64,000 nt of DNA from an uncultured Bacteroidota bacterium (GTDB taxonomy: Bacteria; Bacteroidota; Bacteroidia; Bacteroidales; P3): contig CACYSB010000003.1 in the NCBI GenBank assembly GCA_902777005.1, positions 10,614 to 74,613 of the forward strand, written 5' to 3'. The notes under the pieces are model-generated. The model did no database searches, was not told the origin of the DNA, and was given only the letters and a program-made list of their open reading frames with translations. Shown here in pieces: positions 1-8,062 of this stretch. The position numbers and the translations under genes were made by a program. Each line of letters begins with the position of its first letter. Positions within the stretch are counted from its first letter, which is position 1.

Positions 1-970
1 GGATGACACCCTTTCTGTGCAACGTGGTCTCGTAGAGGTTGTCCAGACTCTCGTAGTTCACCACGCGGCGTATAGCCTCGGCTAGCAGCCAGTCGCAGCT
101 GAGCACGTGAATCTTCGAGCTCTCACGCTTCAGCGGGATAGTGTCGGTGGTCACCAATTCCTCGAGCTCGGATGCCTCAACCTTCTCGATGGCGTTGCCA
201 CTGAGCACGGGATGGGTAATCATGGCACGCACGCTGAGAGCGCCGCTTTCCTTGATGATGCCGGCTGCCTTGCAGATGGTGGTACCGGTATCAATGATAT
301 CGTCAAGCAGGATGACATGCTTGCCCTTGACATCGCCAATGAGGCGCATCTCGCCAATCTCGTTGGGCTTGTTGCGGTGCTTGTAGCAGATAACGAAGCT
401 GTTGTTGAGCGTCTTGGCATACATGCCGGCGCGCTTGCTGCCTCCCATGTCTGGGCTGGCGAACATCACATCCTCGATGTTGAATTTCTCGCGGATATAC
501 GGCATGAAGAGACTCGAGCCGTAGAGGTGGTCGACGGGCAGGGTGAAGAAGCCCTGAATCTGGTCGGCATGGAGGTCCATGGTGATGACGCGGTCGACAC
601 CGGCGGTGGTAATCATGTCGGCGATGAGGCGCGATGCGATGGGCACATGGGGCTTATCCTTGCGGTCCTGACGGGCGAAACCGTAGTAAGGTATCACGGC
701 GACAATCTTCTGTGCCGATGCGCGCTTGGCGGCATCAATCATCATAAGCAACTCAAAAAGGTTGTCGGTCGGCGGAATGGTCGACTGGATGATGAACACT
801 ATACCGCCACGGATAGTCTCCTCGTACGAGGGTTGAAACTCGCCGTCAGCATACTGAAAAACGGTGGAATTGCCGAGCGGAATGCCATAGATTTCCGCCA
901 CGCGGCTTGCCAAGTCCTTGGTAGCGCGGCCGGCAAAAATGAATACCTTATCAGAACGTGTGTCGCTCAT
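1..970 (-). CDS. prs: ribose-phosphate pyrophosphokinase (3' end runs off the window)
   Basis: Own translation of the minus strand from ATG at 970-968: MSDTRSDKVFIFAGRATKDLASRVAEIYGIPLG... It carries the motifs DLHADQIQGFF and VILLDDIIDTGTTI. It is absent from the ORF track because no stop lies in the window. The + ORF 107..988 is its antisense shadow. Confidence 0.9.
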   Translation of the reverse strand, partial: MSDTRSDKVFIFAGRATKDLASRVAEIYGIPLGNSTVFQYADGEFQPSYEETIRGGIVFIIQSTIPPTDNLFELLMMIDAAKRASAQKIVAVIPYYGFARQDRKDKPHVPIASRLIADMITTAGVDRVITMDLHADQIQGFFTLPVDHLYGSSLFMPYIREKFNIEDVMFASPDMGGSKRAGMYAKTLNNSFVICYKHRNKPNEIGEMRLIGDVKGKHVILLDDIIDTGTTICKAAGIIKESGALSVRAMITHPVLSGNAIEKVEASELEELVTTDTIPLKRESSKIHVLSCDWLLAEAIRRVVNYESLDNLYETTLHRKGVI

Positions 971-1035
971 TATTATATTTATTTATAGTTCTTTACAATG
1001 ATTTACCAGGCTTTTAACCTCTTGTTTTTCGTGTG

Positions 1036-1043
1036 CAAAGATA
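1036..1043 (-). promoter_or_regulatory. Bacteroidota -7 promoter box (TATCTTTG) for prs
   Basis: The reverse complement of caaagata matches TAnnTTTG, about 65 nt upstream of the prs ATG. Confidence 0.5.
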
Positions 1044-1095
1044 CACATTTTTAGGCTTCTGACAAAAAAAATTTTACCATATCAAAAAAAGTGTG

Positions 1096-1103
1096 TACTT
1101 TTG
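1096..1103 (+). promoter_or_regulatory. Bacteroidota -7 promoter box (TACTTTTG) for tRNA-Leu
   Basis: TAnnTTTG match 30 nt upstream of the tRNA 5' end. Confidence 0.5.
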
Positions 1104-1132
1104 CACCCGCTTTTCGAGAGAAGAATGGCGAT

Positions 1133-1215
1133 GCCCTGGTGGTGGAATGGTAGACACGGTAGACTCAAAATCTGCTGCTCGCAAGGGCGTGAGGGTTCAA
1201 GTCCCTCCCGGGGTA
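1133..1215 (+). tRNA. tRNA-Leu (anticodon CAA), class II with long variable arm
   Basis: GCCCTGG acceptor pairs with CCGGGGT. D-arm is GGTGGAATGGTAGACAC. The anticodon loop is CTCAAAA. The variable arm is long (TGCTGCTCGCAAGGGCGTG). T-arm is GAGGGTTCAAGTCCCTC. Very similar to E. coli tRNA-Leu architecture. Confidence 0.9.
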
Positions 1216-1220
1216 CAAAA
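1202..1220 (+). repeat. attL core: 19-bp direct repeat TCCCTCCCGGGGTACAAAA (3' end of tRNA-Leu)
   Basis: Identical 19-mer recurs at 20350-20368. Confidence 0.85.
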
Positions 1221-1221
1221 C

Positions 1222-1248
1222 GGCGGTCGCAAGGCCGCCTTTCTTTTT
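1222..1248 (+). terminator. intrinsic terminator after tRNA-Leu (element-borne)
   Basis: GGCGGTC/GGCCGCC stem with GCAA loop, followed by TTTCTTTTT. Confidence 0.65.
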
Positions 1249-1341
1249 GCCATAAATTACACATTTTAAGCATATTATAAGCATAACTGACGCATTATCA
1301 ATAGTCACGTTATTACCCATTTTTACCCGTTATTTACACCC

Positions 1342-1377
1342 TTTTCCTCAAAATGTTTTCCAAATGTTTTCCACGGA
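1342..1377 (+). repeat. subterminal repeat block (putative integrase arm-type sites, ATGTTTTCCA words)
   Basis: TTTTCCTCAAAATGTTTTCCA recurs perfectly at 1476-1496. CTCAAAATGTTTTCCAAATGTTTTCCACGG matches 20285-20313 at about 27 of 30 positions. Confidence 0.6.
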
Positions 1378-1475
1378 AAACAATTACCAAAAACAACATT
1401 ATGCATTTGGATAACATTGAGTAACAACGAGTAATGAACATTTCAAATACCACCAGATTGTTTCATATTGAATCA

Positions 1476-1496
1476 TTTTCCTCAAAATGTTTTCCA
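1476..1496 (+). repeat. second copy of the 21-bp TTTTCCTCAAAATGTTTTCCA repeat
   Basis: Perfect 21-bp direct repeat of 1342-1362. Confidence 0.7.
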
Positions 1497-1512
1497 TATC
1501 GTTTATTTTTCG

Positions 1513-1520
1513 TAATTTTG
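1513..1520 (+). promoter_or_regulatory. -7 promoter box (TAATTTTG) for integrase
   Basis: TAnnTTTG match 30 nt upstream of the ATG at 1550. Confidence 0.45.
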
Positions 1521-1549
1521 CAACCCTGAAAGACATAAAATAGATAATT

Positions 1550-2722
1550 ATGGCAAAGAGTAAAAGTATCCTGATCAGCGGTAATCCTTTTGTGCAGATT
1601 CGCGACACAAAAGAGGGTGACAAGTATACTATGCGCCTTGTGTACAATCTTGGCGACATATATGAAATGGATGCCGATGGCAATAGGAAACGTCACCAGC
1701 AATGGAAATATGAGAAGCTGAACTTGTGGCTTTGGAACAAGAAACACCTCTCCCCTGCCGAAAGCGAGCATAACCGCGTGGCAAAGGAAGCCGCAAAACT
1801 TGTTCGCGAAGAGCGTGAACGACAATTCTTAAGCAAAACCCAGGGATACACTTTTGCCGTTGACCGCAACAAGATAAACCTCTACGACTGGATGGAGGAT
1901 TACATCAAAGAGTATGTCAAAGCCGATGAAAGGGTAATTAGACTCTCCACAAAACGTTTCCGCGCGTTCATTGATAGTAATAAGAGATACGCCATCTTCT
2001 CAAAATGCATACATCCCGACCAGCTCACGCCAGAAATGGTAGAAGCTTTCGTCGACAAATTGGAAGCCGACTGTCGGGGTGAAGGGGCGAAAACACTCTA
2101 CAAGCGATTTAAGAAGATTATCACCGCAGCCACAAAGCAGGGAATATTCCTCGACAATCCGTGCGATGGTATATCCGCGAAAGTGGAAGATGAAGGAAGA
2201 TTGAAAAAGGATGTGCTGACAGCCGATGAAATCACACGGCTCATCCAATGCAAATTCGACCGTCAGAGCGACGATGTACGACGAGCATTCCTATTGTCGC
2301 TTTTCACAGGATTGCGATACTGTGACGTGAAAGAGCTTCGCTATCGCAACATCAACTACGAGGAATGCACCCTCACATTCCAACAACAGAAGACCAAACG
2401 TACCAACACTGTACCTCTGAGGCATGACCTCATCGCCCTGATAGGTCGCGGAGAACCCGACCAGCTTCTTTTCCACGTAGGCAGCCCTACCGCCTGCAAC
2501 AAGGCATTGCAACATTGGGTCGAACGTGCTGGCATCAACAAGCATATCACATGGCATTGCGCCAGACATTCATTCGGGGCACTCACCTACTATAATCTCA
2601 AAGACCTCCGCGCCACCAGCGAGCTCCTCGGGCACGCCGACACCAAAGTCACCCAAATCTACACCAAGGTATTCGACGACCGTAAGAGAGAACTGGTCGA
2701 TAGTCTTCCTGCCATTGAATAG
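1550..2722 (+). CDS. tyrosine site-specific integrase
   Basis: C-terminal catalytic region WHCARHSFG...LLGHADTKVTQIYTKV (R, H-x-x-R, H, Y). Lies next to tRNA/attL. Confidence 0.9.
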   Translation: MAKSKSILISGNPFVQIRDTKEGDKYTMRLVYNLGDIYEMDADGNRKRHQQWKYEKLNLWLWNKKHLSPAESEHNRVAKEAAKLVREERERQFLSKTQGYTFAVDRNKINLYDWMEDYIKEYVKADERVIRLSTKRFRAFIDSNKRYAIFSKCIHPDQLTPEMVEAFVDKLEADCRGEGAKTLYKRFKKIITAATKQGIFLDNPCDGISAKVEDEGRLKKDVLTADEITRLIQCKFDRQSDDVRRAFLLSLFTGLRYCDVKELRYRNINYEECTLTFQQQKTKRTNTVPLRHDLIALIGRGEPDQLLFHVGSPTACNKALQHWVERAGINKHITWHCARHSFGALTYYNLKDLRATSELLGHADTKVTQIYTKVFDDRKRELVDSLPAIE

Positions 2723-2895
2723 CCTCCCATTTTCTGTAAAAATGCTCTACAAACAGTCTTTTTGCAGAAAAAAGAGAGGCTGTTCCCTATGTAAAAATTA
2801 GTTAAAAAAAGCGTTTTTTTTGACGTTTTTCGCACTTTGTTTTGGATGAAAAATAATCATCCAATCTGCATCTATTTGTTTTCCAAATTAATGTG

Positions 2896-2903
2896 TACTT
2901 TTG
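2896..2903 (+). promoter_or_regulatory. -7 promoter box (TACTTTTG) for the xis-like gene
   Basis: The GTGTGTACTTTTGC context is nearly identical to the tRNA promoter context at 1091-1104. Confidence 0.45.
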
Positions 2904-2957
2904 CCGCCGACTTAACATCAATAGGCAACAATAATCAACAACCAAAAATAACACATT

Positions 2958-3188
2958 ATGGAAGACATTATGACCTTTTCGGCAGCGTGTGAGTTTCTAG
3001 GCATCACCTCAAGACAGATGTACGGTTACACTGGGCGAAAACTCATCCCTTACTACAAACCGACCGGACGGCACATCTATTTCCGCAAATCCGAGCTTGT
3101 AGAGTTCGTGACCGCCAACCGCATTGCCACCGCAGCCGAGGTGGAAGCACAAGCACAGCAACTGGCACGTAAACCCGCTGCGGTATAA
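2958..3188 (+). CDS. excisionase-type (MerR/HTH_17-like) DNA-binding protein
   Basis: A 76-aa protein with FSAACEFLGITSRQMYGYTGRKLIPYYKPTGRHIYFRKSELVEF, typical of Bacteroidales mobile-element Xis/HTH proteins. Lies next to the integrase. Confidence 0.65.
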   Translation: MEDIMTFSAACEFLGITSRQMYGYTGRKLIPYYKPTGRHIYFRKSELVEFVTANRIATAAEVEAQAQQLARKPAAV

Positions 3189-3230
3189 TCGTCCTGTGGC
3201 ACTCATTCCGCACATCATATCGGTAGACGG

Positions 3231-3273
3231 TACCCAAAAGGTGTGTACCCAAAGTACCCAAAAAGTGTGTACC
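3231..3273 (+). repeat. iteron-like direct repeats upstream of rep
   Basis: TACCCAAAAGGTGTGTACC (3231-3249) and TACCCAAAAAGTGTGTACC (3255-3273) have a 24-bp period and one mismatch. An extra GTACCCAAAG lies between them. Confidence 0.6.
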
Positions 3274-3347
3274 TTTCAGTCATACCATCACCTATCGTCA
3301 ATTATAATGTACACGCGCGAACGTATGCACCCAATAATAATGTCAAA

Positions 3348-4352
3348 ATGATAGACACGCTAAATATGATGATTGGGAGCAAATTGATGAGCGGAATGAG
3401 TCCGTTGTCGATTGATAAATATATCTCGATGGATAAAACGGGAATATATGTGCGAAAAGGGACTCCGTATATAGTTGGTCACATAAACAACTACCGAGTG
3501 TATGCCGACGACAATGGAATCCGCCTCTCCGGCAGCATCGCCAAGTTGAGCAAGGGAGAAAATGTGTCCACCCCAACACATAAGGACATCGACAATGGCC
3601 TCCAGTTACTGTCAGACACATTACATCTCGACGTTGGTATGGCCTCGGTTCTAAGAATCGACATTGCTTGTACCTTTGGAATGAGCAACCCCGTTGCCAA
3701 CTACTTAAACTTATTGACATCCATACCAGGATATGAACGCGCATCCGTTGGAGACAATTCCCTCTACTTTTATTCTCCAAATCGCAAACTGTACTTTTAC
3801 GACAAGCGAGCCGAATTGTATAGCCGTGGGGAACGTATTCCTCGCACATGGTTGAACATACCCAATCTGTTGCGTTATGAGATGAGATTCAACTGGACGG
3901 TGGGGAAGCAAATTGTTCAAGACACACTCAAAGTCTCCTGCCTCCGAGAGCGCCAGCCGATGGCGCGGCTGGCGAAGTTGTGGGCGCAGGGGTATCAGCA
4001 TATCGCGAAAAAGCAGGACAATCCATTCTTGAAGGTGATGACTCCTAAAGATGCCATAAATGTAATGCTTATTGACCTGTTGCGGAATGCGCCCGACAAT
4101 TATCTTGACAATGTGGATGAAATACTAAAGCAATCAGGCAATCTCGACAAAAAGCGACGATACCGGATGCGACAACAAATTGAGGGGAAGATGAGATTAT
4201 ACAATAATCCTTTAATAAACGAACTTGATGCTGAGATAGAATCGGCAAAAGCAAGTAGTTACCAGTCCAAACGCGCACGCGCGCGAGGAAAGAAACACCA
4301 AAACACAATATACAACCATGCCAAACAAGCCATACAAAAAACCGACCCTTGA
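3348..4352 (+). CDS. putative rolling-circle replication initiator (phage/plasmid gene II/X or Rep_trans-like)
   Basis: N-terminus MIDTLNMMIG resembles the MID-x-L starts of gene II/X Reps. LRIDIACTF and LYFYSPNRKLYFYDKRAELY are Rep_trans-like blocks. Start chosen at the internal ATG at 3348 because 3243-3347 overlaps the iterons. Confidence 0.45.
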   Translation: MIDTLNMMIGSKLMSGMSPLSIDKYISMDKTGIYVRKGTPYIVGHINNYRVYADDNGIRLSGSIAKLSKGENVSTPTHKDIDNGLQLLSDTLHLDVGMASVLRIDIACTFGMSNPVANYLNLLTSIPGYERASVGDNSLYFYSPNRKLYFYDKRAELYSRGERIPRTWLNIPNLLRYEMRFNWTVGKQIVQDTLKVSCLRERQPMARLAKLWAQGYQHIAKKQDNPFLKVMTPKDAINVMLIDLLRNAPDNYLDNVDEILKQSGNLDKKRRYRMRQQIEGKMRLYNNPLINELDAEIESAKASSYQSKRARARGKKHQNTIYNHAKQAIQKTDP

Positions 4353-4725
4353 GCAGTTGGAAACTGTTCTTAAAGTCACAGGTGGCATCCTTTCAAGGAC
4401 TGCCGAGATACTGGGATGCTGCCGCCTCACCCTCCGCCGTTGGATACGAAGTGACCCTGAATTTGCCGATGCTATTTACGATGCTCGGATGCGCTCCTTT
4501 GACAGTTGCCTTTCCTCGGCACAACTTTTAGCATTTGGCGTTCCAATCACGGAAAACGGTCAACTGAAGGGATGGAAGATTAGACCCGATGTACCAATGC
4601 TGATATTCCTCATGAAGAAGTTAGGCCGCGAAGAAGGTTTCGATCCCGACAATCCCATAAAACCAAAGAACCGTCAGCAAACAGATATGGAGCGATGGAT
4701 TGAGCAGGAGATGAACAGAAAGTAA
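4318..4725 (+). CDS. small HTH protein resembling a phage terminase small subunit
   Basis: TLEQLETVLKVTGGILSRTAEILGCCRLTLRRWIRSDPEFADAIYDAR followed by RPDVPMLIFLMKKLGRE. The pattern is recalled from TerS-type proteins and no HMM was run. Confidence 0.35.
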   Translation: MPNKPYKKPTLEQLETVLKVTGGILSRTAEILGCCRLTLRRWIRSDPEFADAIYDARMRSFDSCLSSAQLLAFGVPITENGQLKGWKIRPDVPMLIFLMKKLGREEGFDPDNPIKPKNRQQTDMERWIEQEMNRK

Positions 4726-4787
4726 TGGCTGAAATGTGATACAACACAACAGAACTGACTAAAAAATAGGTAGATAAACATCCCTAG

Positions 4788-4812
4788 AATTGTGGGTATA
4801 CAAACCACAATT
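4788..4812. terminator. hairpin between convergent genes
   Basis: AATTGTGG / CCACAATT 8-bp stem with a 9-nt loop. Confidence 0.4.
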
Positions 4813-4982
4813 AAATAAGCGGTAATGACAAAAAAATTTATTTCCATAGCCTTTCGGGGGAAACATTTGAACTATCACGCATGGCCGTCCCTCTTCACAT
4901 AAAAAAAGTTATTCGCTGGATTGTCATGATTTATAAGGTGTTCATTGTCTCCGGCATATGAAAAACCATTATCTCAATAGGG

Positions 4983-7900
4983 CTACATCAGGCTATTAAT
5001 CTCGTCGAGCATATTCTGGTAGCTGGTGACTTCGTGGTAGCGGACTTTATTGGTGGAGATGTTGTTGAAGAGCTTCTTGGCGCACTCAATCTTGGCCTTC
5101 TCGGCACCTTTCAGCTGCATGGAGTCCATGCTGCCTTTGGTCTCGGCAATGAAGAAGACATGCTTCACTCCAGCATTGTCGTTGAAGGCGATGGCCCAGT
5201 CAGGGGCATAGTTGCCCACAGGTGTCGGTATCTGGAACGACCGCGGCAGCTTGGCATAAACACACACTTCCTCGGCTTTGTCCAGCTCTTCGGCAAAGGT
5301 ACGCTCGCCTTGGCTGTCGGCAAACACATAGTCGAGAATGTGTTTCTTGGCCTCGTAGGCTTTGTCGATGGTCTGCCGGCTCTTCTCCTGAGTGAAGATG
5401 GCAGAGTCATATTGGTTTTCTGTGCGGTTGTAGCTGATATGTTCCACAATCATCGTGGCTTTCTGTTCACGGATGATATGGCTCACCTTGCGGATGAACT
5501 CTTCGGGGTTGTTCTTGAACATATACAGTTTCGACAGCTGTATCCCCTTGAGTATTCGTACTACCGTCCGACGGGTCAACGTGGCGGCTTTGGCGATGTC
5601 GCCCACCAGGTCGTAGGGTACGTTGCTGGTCGACACTTCACGCAGTTCCCTTGTTCGTGTACTCTGCTCTCCTGTAAAGTCCAATTCATCTTCGCCTTGT
5701 GTTCCTGTGGTGACCACATATTTCAGCTGTGTGACATTCAGGTCTCTGTCGATGGCACCAACGGACTTTTGAATCAACTCTTCGCTGTCATAGTGTACCG
5801 TATAGACATAGCGATGGTTGATTTCATTCCATAGGGCCTTGAACTCCTTCTTCTCGGCATTGTCGTTCAAGTGGTCGTTCACCACCTCGGCCTTGTCGTT
5901 GGCATCTTCCACCATATCCACCAAGGCGGTGGGGTCGAAGATGCTTTGTATCATCTTGTGTACCTGTTCCTCGATGGGTTGTAGTTTCTTGCTCATGGGG
6001 GCAAGTGTGCCATTCTCCAAGTCGGTATGGTAACCCTGCCGTATGTTGCCCTTCTCGTCGATATAGTCGTTGTCGAACAGATAGCTGACAATGCTGGCAG
6101 CTTCCTGTTCCGAGATGGTGTGCAACCCGCCATCCACCTTGAGGGTAATGTCCTTAAAGTAGTCCACAGTGGCCTGTGTCGGTCGCTCGCGAAGGGTTTC
6201 TTTGGTCTCTTTCTGTAGTGCGTCGACAAATGAGCTGTAGTTTTCGTTGGCGATGACGGTCAGTTTGTTGGTATCGTGTACGGCATCACCTAGACGTTCT
6301 TTGTCCATACGGTTGCCCTCTTTATCCACGCAGATACGTAGGCCGCGCCCTACCTCTTGCCGTTTGGTTGTGGCACTGTTGGCATGACGCAATGTGCATA
6401 TCTGGAACACATTGGGATTGTCCCAGCCTTCTCGCAGGGCGGAGTGGGAGAAGATAAAGCGTGTCGGTTCGTCGAAGCTCAACAGGCGCTCTTTGTTTTT
6501 CAATATCAGGTCGTAGGCCGAGATGTCGTCCGAGGTGTCTTTGCCCCGTTTCACTTCACTATTGACCGAGTGGCCTTTCTTGTCTATGGAGAAGTAGCCG
6601 TTGTGTACTTCGGTGGCTGGGAAACGCCGCAGATAATCCTGATAGTCGTCCTCAAACAGCGTCAAGTTCTCGTTCAGATAGCGGTTATATTCATCTTCGA
6701 ACATCTGCCACAGTGGTCCCTTCACCTCGTTCCCTTCACTGTCGTAACTTTTGTAGTTGGCAACCTCGTCGACAAAGAACAGCGACAGGGTCTTAATGCC
6801 CTGCTTGAACAGGGCTCGCTCTTTCTCGAAGTGCGACTTGACGGTCTCACGGATTTGTATCTGCTGTATGGCTTTCTCGCTCACGTCGCCCATCACCTCA
6901 CCCTGGTGAAGTGACTGACCATTCTGGAAGTGGATGGTGTTGGTGCGAGGATTGATTTCAGTTATGACGAACTCCTTGTAGGCTGGAAGCCCTGAAGCAT
7001 CGTAAAGTGAATCGTTCTGTCTAAACTTGCAGGTCTGACGGCGTGGACTTGCTGCGCCTTTCACTTCAATCTCTAGCCGCACCTCGGGGGCTTTGTTCTT
7101 CGAGAGGATGATGCTGTCGAAGTAGATATAGCTTTGGTTGCCCAGCAGGTTTTGTACGGTGATACCTTTCACCTGTATCTTCTTCACCAGGCGCTGCCTG
7201 TAGGCATCGTATGCATCGAGGGCATAGATGCAGTTGTGCGAGGTCTTGTGGGTGGCCGAGTAGTTGAGCACGAAGAGCGGCTTGAAGTTGCGCAAGGCTT
7301 TCTGGGTGGCTTCGCCTTCCATCTTCTGCGGCTCGTCCATTATGATGATGGGGCGGTTGGCGGCAATCACGTCGATAGGGCGACGGCTCTGAAAGTCGTC
7401 ACGTTTGGAGTAGATGATGCGCGCCTCTTTGTTCTTGGCATCTTCCTTGAACGAGGTATTGAAGGCCTGCACGTTGATGATCATCACGTTGATGCTGGCA
7501 TCGCTGCTGAACGAGTCTATCTGCGTGAGGTTGTTGCTGTTATAGATAAAATAGCGGGCTTTCTTGCCATACTGCTCCATGAAGTGTTCGTCGAGCATCG
7601 TGAAACTCTTATATACACCTTCACGGATAGCGATACTGGGCACCACCACGATGAATTTCGACCAACCATAACGCTTGTTCAATTCAAACATGGTCTTGAT
7701 ATAGACGTATGTCTTACCGGTACCGGTCTCCATCTCGATGTCGAGTGAGCAGGCTCCCAGCCCGACAGGCTGACTCAGCGTCGGCGACAAAGGTATGTCG
7801 CCAGTCACCTGTTGCTGGTGGATATTGTCTAATAGTTGCTGTCCCGTCAGCTCCACGTCGCTGTTGCGCCAGCCGACTTCCTCCTCATACACCTCGCCAC

Positions 7901-8054
7901 TGTCAACGTCAAAGGCCTTTACCTGCTTGCCTTTCCGACGGCCTAAGTCACGACGGTACTGTGCGTTGGCCTTCGACGGCTGCCCGGCAAACACATCCAC
8001 CGTGCTTTCCACCGCATCGGTCTGGTATTGCTGTATCTTGAATTTGAACTTCAT
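4983..8054 (-). CDS. res: Type III restriction endonuclease Res subunit (SF2 helicase plus PD-(D/E)xK nuclease)
   Basis: Starts MKFKFKIQQYQTDAV. Motif I is ETGTGKTYVY, motif II is IIMDEPQKM. The C-terminal nuclease is APDWAIAF...FFIAETKGS. Start taken at the second Met (8054), 8 nt after the upstream stop. Confidence 0.85.
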   Translation of the reverse strand: MKFKFKIQQYQTDAVESTVDVFAGQPSKANAQYRRDLGRRKGKQVKAFDVDSGEVYEEEVGWRNSDVELTGQQLLDNIHQQQVTGDIPLSPTLSQPVGLGACSLDIEMETGTGKTYVYIKTMFELNKRYGWSKFIVVVPSIAIREGVYKSFTMLDEHFMEQYGKKARYFIYNSNNLTQIDSFSSDASINVMIINVQAFNTSFKEDAKNKEARIIYSKRDDFQSRRPIDVIAANRPIIIMDEPQKMEGEATQKALRNFKPLFVLNYSATHKTSHNCIYALDAYDAYRQRLVKKIQVKGITVQNLLGNQSYIYFDSIILSKNKAPEVRLEIEVKGAASPRRQTCKFRQNDSLYDASGLPAYKEFVITEINPRTNTIHFQNGQSLHQGEVMGDVSEKAIQQIQIRETVKSHFEKERALFKQGIKTLSLFFVDEVANYKSYDSEGNEVKGPLWQMFEDEYNRYLNENLTLFEDDYQDYLRRFPATEVHNGYFSIDKKGHSVNSEVKRGKDTSDDISAYDLILKNKERLLSFDEPTRFIFSHSALREGWDNPNVFQICTLRHANSATTKRQEVGRGLRICVDKEGNRMDKERLGDAVHDTNKLTVIANENYSSFVDALQKETKETLRERPTQATVDYFKDITLKVDGGLHTISEQEAASIVSYLFDNDYIDEKGNIRQGYHTDLENGTLAPMSKKLQPIEEQVHKMIQSIFDPTALVDMVEDANDKAEVVNDHLNDNAEKKEFKALWNEINHRYVYTVHYDSEELIQKSVGAIDRDLNVTQLKYVVTTGTQGEDELDFTGEQSTRTRELREVSTSNVPYDLVGDIAKAATLTRRTVVRILKGIQLSKLYMFKNNPEEFIRKVSHIIREQKATMIVEHISYNRTENQYDSAIFTQEKSRQTIDKAYEAKKHILDYVFADSQGERTFAEELDKAEEVCVYAKLPRSFQIPTPVGNYAPDWAIAFNDNAGVKHVFFIAETKGSMDSMQLKGAEKAKIECAKKLFNNISTNKVRYHEVTSYQNMLDEINSLM

Positions 8055-8062
8055 CACATACA

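Noticed and set aside
107-988. 293-aa + strand ORF (GTG start)
   Set aside because: It is the antisense shadow of prs. The minus strand encodes a textbook PRPP synthetase across the same span.
1399-1825. Minus-strand ORFs 1399..1683 and 1463..1825 over attL and the integrase 5' end
   Set aside because: They overlap the arm-type repeats, the int promoter and the integrase coding region. They are AT-rich spurious frames.
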